DNA from: a virus
Lineage: Duplodnaviria; Caudoviricetes
Direction: 5' to 3' (one strand)
Virus record (IMG/VR): IMGVR_UViG_3300027419_000190
Coordinates: 1-24,688 of that record
Length of the DNA: 24,688 bases
Shown here in pieces: positions 8,646 through 16,238 of the stretch. The notes under the pieces were generated by a model, which saw nothing but the letters and a program-made list of their open reading frames with translations, did no database searches and had not been told where the DNA came from. Each line of letters begins with the position of its first letter. Positions within the stretch are counted from its first letter, which is position 1. A program made the translations under genes and the position numbers.

Positions 8646-9432
8646 ATAACGAAAAATAATTGTTAGCCATTTTTTTAATCGTGTAATCTTCCAATATCTG
8701 AATCCTTCCACTGATTCTTCTTAAAGCACATTTTATTGACTCTACATCTCTTTCAACGATAGTTACTCCTTCTAACTCACTGGAAATTCCCACATCTGTA
8801 GAAAGAACAGGTTTGTTCATCGCCAGAGCTTCGAGCGTTGGGTTGTTGCAACCTTCGCTGATGCTGGGAATGACGAGACAATCAATCCTTTCATAAAATT
8901 TTGGCATTTCTTCATAAGGTATTCCATCAGCCTTTGCCAGCCATAAGTCTAATTCCTTGCAAGCCTGCTCTACTAATTCTAAGCCTTTGTGTTCTGTAGT
9001 CGCTCCTACAAATCCTACTGTAAAATTACTTTTAAATAACTCCGTATCTACTCCATTTGGTATATAGACCATATTTCCCTTATTTGTCAACCTTCTTAAC
9101 TTGTTTTCTAGGTCTGGATTTTGACAAACGCAACAAACTGTGTTTTGGTATATCTCTTTTAAAACTTCTTCCTTATCAAAAAACTGGTCAAGAGTGCGTT
9201 GGGAAGCGAGAGTGGTAAAAGTCTTTTCTTTGTATTTCAATATGAAATCCTTTATCTTCCCTATTCCTCCACTGAACAATATATGTATTATGTCATACTG
9301 TTCTCCGTCTGGCAAATTTTTAAAATAACAGATATCCACAGCGTGTTGAGGCCACTCACGTTTAAGAGCCTCAGCTCTGCGAGTGGTACACCAAGGAGTC
9401 CTGTCAGCATGTACAAGGAGTATTTTACTCAT
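8611..9432 (-). CDS. GT4 (GT-B fold) glycosyltransferase
   Basis: YIPNGVDTELF, VGFVG...KG and LVIPSISEGCNNPTLEALAMNKPVLSTDVG (EX7E motif). Confidence 0.9.
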   Translation of the reverse strand: MSKILLVHADRTPWCTTRRAEALKREWPQHAVDICYFKNLPDGEQYDIIHILFSGGIGKIKDFILKYKEKTFTTLASQRTLDQFFDKEEVLKEIYQNTVCCVCQNPDLENKLRRLTNKGNMVYIPNGVDTELFKSNFTVGFVGATTEHKGLELVEQACKELDLWLAKADGIPYEEMPKFYERIDCLVIPSISEGCNNPTLEALAMNKPVLSTDVGISSELEGVTIVERDVESIKCALRRISGRIQILEDYTIKKMANNYFSLYEQHLGKQGVK

Positions 9433-9908
9433 AAGATTGGCCCATCAATTAAATTCCAAAAATGAAATGACTTAATATAATAATCGTCCCAATAACCTTC
9501 ACGTTTGTTACAGAACTTTAGTCCTAAATCAGCACAAGCCTTTTTTATGTTCTCACTCTCGTGATTCCAGGGAGCGAAGAATATTTCTATCTTCTTTACT
9601 CCTCCGGTCATGCGTTTGGAATTAGTCTTCCAGTAATTCAAAGATTTTTTTAAATCTTCGTAACATTCTTCGTAACTTAATTTGGAATAATCTTTGTGTT
9701 CCCACCCATGAAGACCTATCTTAAGAACAGGAGCAGTCGCCAGATACCAAAAAAGGGCCTGATTCTCCCAGAGGTCCTTCATTATCACGGCTACTGCGTG
9801 TTGTTTTCCTTTGAACATAAATTGCTCATGCAACTCTTTGAATTTAAAAGCATCTGTATATACAGAAATATCATCATCACGGTAGAGCTTAGGTTTTGAA
9901 ATGGGCAT
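9429..9908 (-). CDS. polysaccharide deacetylase (NodB/DUF2334-like)
   Basis: YRDDD, IGLHGWEH (HxxxH) and FFAPWN motifs. Confidence 0.8.
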   Translation of the reverse strand: MPISKPKLYRDDDISVYTDAFKFKELHEQFMFKGKQHAVAVIMKDLWENQALFWYLATAPVLKIGLHGWEHKDYSKLSYEECYEDLKKSLNYWKTNSKRMTGGVKKIEIFFAPWNHESENIKKACADLGLKFCNKREGYWDDYYIKSFHFWNLIDGPIL

Positions 9909-10491
9909 GGTCTTCGTATCTTAAATATTTATGCTTCTTAATATTACCACCTATAAAATTAACTTTCAAATCGGGAAACTTTTTTAGAATAACCGGAAGA
10001 CTTAACTGGTCTCGTTGGCTCCAACGACAAATTTCAGACCACCAGGCTTCGTTAAATCTTTCTACTAACGGAGCGTGTCTTCTGATTATAAACCCTCCCA
10101 TGTACATCTTGGTATCCTCTGGAATACCTATATCTCGATAATGATTCAACTGTTCTCTCACTTCATCTATCACCCATGGAGTCCTGTTTTTAAACATACT
10201 CTCTAAATACCTTTCTTCCTTGTAAATCGTGAAGGCGTGGTTGTGCATGAAGATAGCCATATCAGCGTCTCGTAACCATCTCTTAACGTAAAATTCGGGT
10301 TCTTTTAAAAGAAAAATATTTCCATCCACCCAAATACTTACATCGCAATCAAGGAACTTGTGGGGAAGAATCTTATAAATCTTACTATTATAAACGGGAG
10401 AATGAAATTTAGAAAACTCCGAGAAAACTAAAATGTCGTCTCGGAGTTTATCTTTTTCTCCATGAATTGCAGTATATGCGGTTATTCTCAT
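9889..10491 (-). CDS. DUF616 (TOD1/MUCI70-like) putative glycosyltransferase
   Basis: AYTAIHG, KILPHKFL, SIWVDGNI, FNEAWWSEI and RDQLSLP motifs. The start at 10491 forms a TAATG overlap with the stop of the Ser-rich gene. Confidence 0.75.
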   Translation of the reverse strand: MRITAYTAIHGEKDKLRDDILVFSEFSKFHSPVYNSKIYKILPHKFLDCDVSIWVDGNIFLLKEPEFYVKRWLRDADMAIFMHNHAFTIYKEERYLESMFKNRTPWVIDEVREQLNHYRDIGIPEDTKMYMGGFIIRRHAPLVERFNEAWWSEICRWSQRDQLSLPVILKKFPDLKVNFIGGNIKKHKYLRYEDHAHFKT

Positions 10492-11432
10492 TAGAACTCC
10501 ATCAAACACTTAACAGTTATTGTACCAATCGCTGTCCCAGAAGAAGGAGATACTGAAGGACTGACAGACGTAGAGACTGAAGGAGAAGCAGACTTACTGA
10601 GTGAAGGAGATATTGAAGGGGACGCTGACCTAGAAGTTGACGGACTGATTGAAGGAGATTTGGAAAGACTGACAGACGGTGAGTAAGACTTCGATACAGA
10701 TGGACTAGCCGATGGAGACATCGAGCTACTAGCTGAAGGAGAAAGTGAGTTTGGCGGACTTACAGAAGGACTGATAGAAGGAGAAACTGAAGGGGAGATT
10801 GAAGGAGAAGCTGAAGGACTAGCAGACAATGAAACCGATGGACTTTTCGATGGACTGATTGACGGTGAAGTCGAAGGACTAGCAGACCTTGATACCGATG
10901 GACTAGTAGAAGGTGACACCGAAGAAGACCTTGAAGGACTAGCTGATGGAGATACTGATGGAGAAGCTGACTTGCTAACGGATGGGCTTATCGAAGGTGA
11001 AGCTGACGCACTCCTAGAAGGGCTGTAAGAGTTCACCGGACTGACGCTTCGGCTCACCGAAGGAGATAGTGAAGGTGATACTGACGAAGAAACGTCAGAC
11101 ACTGTTACGGCGACTTTCATCTCTTGAAATCCAAAGAAGTAATAGAGAGCCGCTATCTTTGAACCAGTGTTACCTAAGGTAATAGCGTTAGTCAGGGTTA
11201 TATCAGCCGTGCTGGCTTTCTCCAGGTTGTTGACCAACATATTGTAGTCAACAAATGTGCTTCTATCTAAAGAAACCTGCGTAGCCATTGAAACACTTCT
11301 ATTGGCAAGTCCGGCTCCAGTAAGAATCAAGGAAACCTTCTTGGCGTTAGAAATGTCTATGACCGCTGAAGTTGTGTCCACCGATACCCCATCAATCGCT
11401 GTTACTAAGACTGGAGGTATTCTGTAATACAT
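10491..11432 (-). CDS. Ser/Pro-rich mucin-like protein, probable virion structural protein with a beta-rich domain and an internal (Ser-X)n tract
   Basis: aa 1-114 is beta-strand-like, aa 115-298 is the Ser-X repeat, and a final strand GTITVKCLMEF follows. No signal peptide or TM helix. Located just after the capsid genes. Confidence 0.75.
   Translation of the reverse strand: MYYRIPPVLVTAIDGVSVDTTSAVIDISNAKKVSLILTGAGLANRSVSMATQVSLDRSTFVDYNMLVNNLEKASTADITLTNAITLGNTGSKIAALYYFFGFQEMKVAVTVSDVSSSVSPSLSPSVSRSVSPVNSYSPSRSASASPSISPSVSKSASPSVSPSASPSRSSSVSPSTSPSVSRSASPSTSPSISPSKSPSVSLSASPSASPSISPSVSPSISPSVSPPNSLSPSASSSMSPSASPSVSKSYSPSVSLSKSPSISPSTSRSASPSISPSLSKSASPSVSTSVSPSVSPSSGTAIGTITVKCLMEF
10539..11090 (-). 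repeat. degenerate coding repeat: (Ser-X)n / SPS[V/I/A/T] tract of 184 codons
   Basis: Ser occupies 90 of the 92 alternate positions from aa 115 to 297. Synonymous codons are mixed, so the DNA repeat is imperfect. Confidence 0.95.
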
Positions 11433-11436
11433 ATAT

Positions 11437-11721
11437 TTACTCTGTTACATTGTTAATTAGATTTTGCAACTTTATATATTCCCGTACGACCTTACGAGTC
11501 TGAAGAATAAGTTGCGCTTCCTTATGAGGAACGTAATCATTACCAATTATAACCTTAGGCTCACCATCTACGAAAACTGTCCCAGCTTCGCCCTCTTGGA
11601 CAGCACCTGGGTTGTAGTTCTTTTCTGCGATGAGTTCCTTGACCTTAATCATTACATCAGGAAGATTTTCGATGAAAAGATAATTTTCATAGTTTTCTTT
11701 AACTTTTTTTGGTCGAGCCAT
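11437..11721 (-). CDS. hypothetical protein (head module)
   Basis: 94-aa ORF tightly packed in the operon; basic MARPKK N-terminus. Confidence 0.7.
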   Translation of the reverse strand: MARPKKVKENYENYLFIENLPDVMIKVKELIAEKNYNPGAVQEGEAGTVFVDGEPKVIIGNDYVPHKEAQLILQTRKVVREYIKLQNLINNVTE

Positions 11722-11737
11722 ATAATTGGTTAATTAA

Positions 11738-12115
11738 TTATGATTCCTTGGTCAGGACGCCAGAGTAAGATGTGACGTAAAATGAAGTCCCATCACAGTA
11801 TACCTCTGCATAATTTCCGATAGTTCCGGCGATAGCCAGATACTTAGAAGCTACTCCGTCACCACCGAGATAAATCTTTTCCCCGGTCTGTGGGAGAAGT
11901 TGAACTATTTGAGCGGCTGTAACTTGAATTCTTGTCTTTTGTCCTTTCAGACTTGACGCTGCTGGCAACGTGAGAACGATAGTTCCGGAAGCACCAGTGT
12001 TGGTGTTGTTCTTCTCGAAATCATAAGTGTTCATATCAGCCGTAGCTGCGTTGGCTTTGACAGTGGTATTAGTATCTAAACTAGTGACCACTACGTCAAA
12101 ATTAGTATTTCCCAT
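11738..12115 (-). CDS. putative virion structural protein (capsid decoration/fibre-like)
   Basis: Thr/Ala/Gly-rich beta protein with an IVLTLPAA...G...YCDG..FYV pattern common in phage structural domains; position after the major capsid gene. Confidence 0.55.
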   Translation of the reverse strand: MGNTNFDVVVTSLDTNTTVKANAATADMNTYDFEKNNTNTGASGTIVLTLPAASSLKGQKTRIQVTAAQIVQLLPQTGEKIYLGGDGVASKYLAIAGTIGNYAEVYCDGTSFYVTSYSGVLTKES

Positions 12116-12123
12116 TTGAGTAG

Positions 12124-12185
12124 GATTGCCAATCTATATGTCTTGCGACTTCCTCTCGCACTCCTGCGAGGTCTAAATGGCAATC
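12124..12185 (-). other. predicted structured RNA element (three-way junction) in the intergenic/5' UTR region
   Basis: Closing stem GATTGCCA/TGGCAATC encloses two hairpins on the minus strand: CTCGCA-GGAG-TGCGAG and GTC-GCAA-GAC (GNRA loop). Confidence 0.55.
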
Positions 12186-12191
12186 AATTAG

Positions 12192-13025
12192 TTAATTAAG
12201 TGAAGTGTGCGGGACAGAAATTATTTTTGCGGATTTTATAGAATTGCATTTTCTACAAAGAGGTTGGATATTGTTCTTGTTGTTCTTTCCTCCTTTAGAG
12301 ATGGGATGGATATGGTCGATGGTCAGTTTCATTTCTTCATTTTCTGTCTTACCACAATCAGCACATTTGTTTCCGTGGAGTTCTTTTATTTCCAACCAAC
12401 TCTTTAGACTTATGTGATTATCATCATCCCTTTTACAACCTCTGTTTATTGCGTGATAGTTTGCGTCCTGAACCCTTTTTCTAGCTAACGCCTTGCAATA
12501 TTTTTCAGAAGCAAAGTCTGGATTTTTAAGAAGAAGCATCCGTTCTCTTGTCTGTTTCCTAGAATTGGATAGTTGTTGGCATTTTTTGGAACAATAAGTC
12601 TTATAAGGATTTCTTCTAGTATTATATGGATTGAATTCTTTTTGACATTGAGGACAGATTTTGTTAGCAATTTCTGATATTTTTTTATCTTGATTTCTTC
12701 TGAATCTAATTCTCTGTTCTTCTAATACTTTTTCAGGATTATTCTTTTTCCATAGCTCTTTGTTTAGTCTTGAGAGTTTTTTAGAACACTCAGACGAGCA
12801 AGTATAATGAACAGAATTTTTAGAAAAGAATTTTTTTCCACATATCTTGCAATTGGATTCTACCTCACCACGATATTTAGATTCCCAATAAGACTTATAA
12901 TAATCACGGTGTTTTATGTAGTTTCCTTTTGCACTACACTTTCTTGAACAATAAATTTGCTTTCTTCTCTCTTTTACCTTTGGAACAATCTCTATTCCGC
13001 ACACTTCACATTTTCTCTTTTGCAT
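12192..13025 (-). CDS. HNH endonuclease with three N-terminal CxxC...CSxxC Zn-binding repeats
   Basis: C-terminal CADCG...LTIDHIHPISKGGKNNKNNIQPLCRKCNSIK HNH motif; N-terminal CEVC/YCSRKC, CKIC/TCSSEC and CPQC/YCSKKC repeats. Confidence 0.9.
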   Translation of the reverse strand: MQKRKCEVCGIEIVPKVKERRKQIYCSRKCSAKGNYIKHRDYYKSYWESKYRGEVESNCKICGKKFFSKNSVHYTCSSECSKKLSRLNKELWKKNNPEKVLEEQRIRFRRNQDKKISEIANKICPQCQKEFNPYNTRRNPYKTYCSKKCQQLSNSRKQTRERMLLLKNPDFASEKYCKALARKRVQDANYHAINRGCKRDDDNHISLKSWLEIKELHGNKCADCGKTENEEMKLTIDHIHPISKGGKNNKNNIQPLCRKCNSIKSAKIISVPHTSLN

Positions 13026-13083
13026 ATACTTATAGGGTTATTTATTACCTTATAAGTATAACGCTCTATTGGGGACTTGTCAA
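13025..13083 (-). promoter_or_regulatory. sigma70-like promoter of the HNH gene (TTGACA-17-TATACT) overlapping a hairpin that covers the translation start region
   Basis: -35 at 13083-13078 and -10 at 13060-13055; inverted repeat TATACTTATA (13025-13034) / TATAAGTATA (13051-13060). Confidence 0.75.
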
Positions 13084-13091
13084 CCTATGCT

Positions 13092-14096
13092 TTACAGGGC
13101 ATAAGATGAGTTATCGCCTTTTGACCCCCAGCACGCGCGCCAGTTCTTATTACCAACCTGCCATCTCGCAGAGATGTCATAGATAGTATTCTTGTTCTTG
13201 TTGTCCATGTAGACAGAAGTCTGAATACCTCTTCGTTGATAAAAGATGAACGGCGAATAAAGGGAATCAATCAGGAACCAAGCTGTGTCAGAACCACCAT
13301 TTTGAGAGTTAATCCACTTAGTGGAGATAACAGTGACATTCCCATCGAAGATGTTAAGGTCATTGTTAGCTGTTCCACTTCTTTTAGTAGACTTGGTGAT
13401 AACGACAGCTGTTTCTTCCAGAGAATCAGGAACCAACAAAATCAAGCGACCAGAACCGATAGCCATCGGAAGTCCTCGGTCATCGAGTTGTCTTCGGAGA
13501 GCTTGTTTCCCGGTGCTAAGATTTGTCGGAGTCAAAGGAATACCTGACGCAGAGGCATTGCTTATTCCAGTTCCACCATCTTTACGAGGGTGAAGAATGG
13601 AACAAAGGGGAACACCATCTGAGTAAAAAGTCAGGTCGGAAGGCAGAGAAGCCTGAGCTGTGAAAGCATAGTTGAAGATAGAGAACGCTGAACGGTCAAA
13701 TTCCATATTCATTGACACGTTCAGGTCATAAGCCTCATCAAACTTGCTTTGCAGGTCATTCTCTCTGTCATCTTTTTCTTCCTCAGTTATTTCGATAGAG
13801 TTCGTCTTCTTGATGAATCGGAACACAGTCAGATAACCAGGGATTCGACTGTCAGTAGCATAGTCCTGACCCTCAGTCGTGAGTGTCGGGTATCCTACAC
13901 CAGTCTTGCTTGTGTATCTTTCTTCCGCTTTATCGGAAGTTTTTTCTTTGAAGAGACGAGTAGCTTTGTTGGTTTCCACTCCCAAAGCTGAATTTATTCC
14001 TAGAGAATAAGACATTGAAGCCTGATTCTCTACTTCAGCAAATTTGGCAGCTAATCCCTTAATCCACCCATCACCCCATGTTGCTCGTGTTTCCAT
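13092..14096 (-). CDS. major capsid protein (HK97 fold)
   Basis: 334 aa after scaffold and cement genes; DGVPLCS..HP, LLVP..LE..A, WFL and a C-terminal R..VG...WRACWGS pattern typical of Mu gpT-like capsid proteins. Confidence 0.85.
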   Translation of the reverse strand: METRATWGDGWIKGLAAKFAEVENQASMSYSLGINSALGVETNKATRLFKEKTSDKAEERYTSKTGVGYPTLTTEGQDYATDSRIPGYLTVFRFIKKTNSIEITEEEKDDRENDLQSKFDEAYDLNVSMNMEFDRSAFSIFNYAFTAQASLPSDLTFYSDGVPLCSILHPRKDGGTGISNASASGIPLTPTNLSTGKQALRRQLDDRGLPMAIGSGRLILLVPDSLEETAVVITKSTKRSGTANNDLNIFDGNVTVISTKWINSQNGGSDTAWFLIDSLYSPFIFYQRRGIQTSVYMDNKNKNTIYDISARWQVGNKNWRACWGSKGDNSSYAL

Positions 14097-14120
14097 AAAA
14101 TTAGTTTAGGTTAATTAGGG

Positions 14121-14660
14121 TTAGGCTGTTTCTGCGTTAAATTCGTGCAGAGCGATACTAACAAGGATATTCCCAGAGTCATCAGGGTCAACCCCATGAC
14201 CGTAGAAATTAGCCTCTGTTCCTTCAGTCCGGGTAGCGGTCGTTTCGAGAACCTGTCCGAATGACGAACCAGCTGAATCGATGTCGATTCGTATTCCACG
14301 AAGGTCAGAATCATTGGTTGTTCCAACTGTTCCATTACAGTCAGCCGAATAGATAGAATCTTTCGAAACATCAACCATTGCGTAATAAGTTGTATTAGCC
14401 GCTCCGGTTGTCTTTGAACGGGTGTCAGTTCCAGAAGCAGTTCCAGCTACCGGGTTGGTAGACTTAAATGGAAGCCCCTGTGCATCGCAGATAGAAGCAA
14501 TGACTCCCAAAACAGGTTTCCCGGCTTCACCTCTAAGGGCAACTCCGGTTGACATTGTTTCTACAACATCTCCGACTGCGAAAGCCAAACTAGAACCGAG
14601 AAGAATCTTCTCCAGTTTTCGTCCCACTCCGCCAATCGTTCTTTTATACTTTAAAGCCAT
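14121..14660 (-). CDS. putative capsid cement/decoration protein
   Basis: Gly/Thr/Ala-rich beta protein (FAVGDVV, PVLGV) between the scaffold and major capsid genes. Confidence 0.6.
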   Translation of the reverse strand: MALKYKRTIGGVGRKLEKILLGSSLAFAVGDVVETMSTGVALRGEAGKPVLGVIASICDAQGLPFKSTNPVAGTASGTDTRSKTTGAANTTYYAMVDVSKDSIYSADCNGTVGTTNDSDLRGIRIDIDSAGSSFGQVLETTATRTEGTEANFYGHGVDPDDSGNILVSIALHEFNAETA

Positions 14661-14677
14661 AGTAGTAATTTAGTTAA

Positions 14678-15349
14678 TTATGTCAGAATCCGCATAGAAC
14701 CAGATTTAATTTTAGCCTTATACGCCTTCATTCCCTCATCAGAAATGTTAAATTCCTTCTGGTATTTGCGGTCTTCTGCCGTGAACTCATCCTTTATAGT
14801 GCCTTTAGAAGCACCATCGCCGGAAACGGCGTCCCCAGCCATCTCTTTTTTCTTCTCCTCTACTTCGGCATTTCCGGGGTCTCCAGCGTCTATTCTGTGT
14901 GCCATTTCGAGTTGTTCATAATAACTGAACTTTGAATCTGGTTTTATAGCTTCATCCATCACATCGAGAAGTCTCTGCCATCTTTCGGCACTACTCTCGT
15001 ATTCAGGATGAAGATTAAAGAAAGCTGTCCTATCTTTTCTTCTGTTGTCCTGTTCCCGTTTGTTCATTTGTTCGAGAACTGGTTTCAGTTTCTCGTCAAT
15101 CAAAACAGCTGGGTCAGGTTTCTTTTCCTCCTCGAAAATATCTTCTTCCTTTTTCTCTTCCTCTTCAGGGGGAGTTTCTTTTTCAGCAAGTTTCTTTTCG
15201 AGTTCTCTTTTTTCGGCTTCGAGTTCACGTTGCTTTCGCAATGTTTGGTTGAACTTGTTAGCCGGGACAACTTCTTCTACCTTTTCAAAGTCCTCTTTTG
15301 AAGGTTCCTCTATCTTTTCTTCAGGAACTTCTTTTTTTTCCTCTTCCAT
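14678..15349 (-). CDS. capsid scaffolding protein
   Basis: Highly acidic coiled-coil protein with a short basic C-terminal helix pair; syntenic between portal and major capsid. Confidence 0.7.
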   Translation of the reverse strand: MEEEKKEVPEEKIEEPSKEDFEKVEEVVPANKFNQTLRKQRELEAEKRELEKKLAEKETPPEEEEKKEEDIFEEEKKPDPAVLIDEKLKPVLEQMNKREQDNRRKDRTAFFNLHPEYESSAERWQRLLDVMDEAIKPDSKFSYYEQLEMAHRIDAGDPGNAEVEEKKKEMAGDAVSGDGASKGTIKDEFTAEDRKYQKEFNISDEGMKAYKAKIKSGSMRILT

Positions 15350-15426
15350 AATTTTGTAGCTTTAACCTGTTTTTTTTACTCCAGAGTGTCATCTCTGGGA
15401 TAAGTTACTAATTATATTATTATGAA

Positions 15427-15750
15427 CTAATATTCTGTGTGTACTTTGCCACTTTTTTTAGGTTTTGTCAAATTGTTCTTCGATTCCCTGTAACCTGGTC
15501 GTTTTTCCAATATCTGTTCTCGGAGAGAAACGAAGGCTAAAACAGTCCCACGAAACCTTTCATCCTTAGTATATAGGAATTGGTTTCTGTAGGTACTTGC
15601 ACATTGTTCTAAAAAATCTGGCAATCTCTCAAACCCTTCTTCTGTAGCTATCCTCGTCAATAATGAATCTACTTCATCAGAAGAAAGTGGTTTATGATAC
15701 ATCTGCCCCAACATTCTTAACAATATTTTTATTATTAATCCTCTAATCAT
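15427..15750 (-). CDS. hypothetical protein (between portal and scaffold)
   Basis: 107-aa helical ORF with an ATGA overlap with the upstream HNH gene. Confidence 0.65.
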   Translation of the reverse strand: MIRGLIIKILLRMLGQMYHKPLSSDEVDSLLTRIATEEGFERLPDFLEQCASTYRNQFLYTKDERFRGTVLAFVSLREQILEKRPGYRESKNNLTKPKKSGKVHTEY

Positions 15751-16235
15751 ATTATATTTAGATTAGCAAATTTACCGTGATATTTTTTTGCGACATCGTT
15801 ATACGTTTTTACTGCGTCAATAATATTTTTAAAATAACCACAAAATTTGTATTTATTATTCGTTTTAATTCTTACCGACCATTTATTTCTTCTCTTATCC
15901 AGTGAAACTCCTTTGTAACCAGAAGTGTTATTTTTTTGTTTTACCTTATTTCTTGCATTATTTCTATAAGAACATATTCTCAAATTACATTTTCTATTAT
16001 CCAATTCGTTACCATTAATGTGGTCAACAACAAATCCTTTTTTTGGTTTACCCATTATCTCCCAGTGCATTCTATACAAAACTACAGTTCCGTTATCTTT
16101 TCTTCCTATATTTCTAACGGCACATCCTGTTTTTTCCCTCTGCCTACTAAATGTCCACTTAAAGATGTTTAACCGCTCAAAATCTTCATCATCCACAATG
16201 GCAACCATATTTTGACTTAATAATATTTCTTTCAT
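15747..16235 (-). CDS. HNH homing endonuclease with AP2 domain
   Basis: VVDHINGNELDNRKCNLR...N..N and TSGYKGV...WSVRI...CGYF...A...YN...HGKFANLN motifs; homologous to 3779..4225. Confidence 0.9.
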   Translation of the reverse strand: MKEILLSQNMVAIVDDEDFERLNIFKWTFSRQREKTGCAVRNIGRKDNGTVVLYRMHWEIMGKPKKGFVVDHINGNELDNRKCNLRICSYRNNARNKVKQKNNTSGYKGVSLDKRRNKWSVRIKTNNKYKFCGYFKNIIDAVKTYNDVAKKYHGKFANLNII

Positions 16236-16238
16236 AAA

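Noticed and set aside
113-10491. Glycan cluster as a DNA hypermodification locus
   Set aside because: No TET/JBP, dNMP hydroxymethylase, kinase or DNA polymerase gene is in the window. The cluster is coupled to a Ser-rich gene in the head operon, and GATC is avoided. Disfavoured rather than formally excluded.
113-10491. Host LPS/capsule locus or serotype-conversion cassette
   Set aside because: No membrane proteins (Wzx, Wzy, ABC transporter, GtrABC) are present. The genes are continuous with the phage operon and contain a phage HNH gene.
10539-11090. CRISPR array or non-coding tandem repeat
   Set aside because: The repeat is a degenerate 6/12-nt coding periodicity inside an open frame, with no repeat-spacer structure and no cas genes.
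12124-12185. Hammerhead ribozyme, tRNA or intrinsic terminator
   Set aside because: It lacks the CUGANGA/GAAA core, a cloverleaf with T-loop, and a U-tract.
12116-13091. Group I intron carrying the HNH gene within the major capsid gene
   Set aside because: The capsid ORF ends with a complete-looking C-terminus and a stop codon, I found no P7 core elements, and the HNH has its own promoter.
15443-15471. Promoter for the scaffold-capsid genes (TTGACA-17-CAAAGT), plus a 6-bp hairpin at 15381-15398
   Set aside because: The -10 box matches only 3 of 6 positions, and the hairpin is short and followed by A rather than U on the coding strand. Possible but too weak to call.
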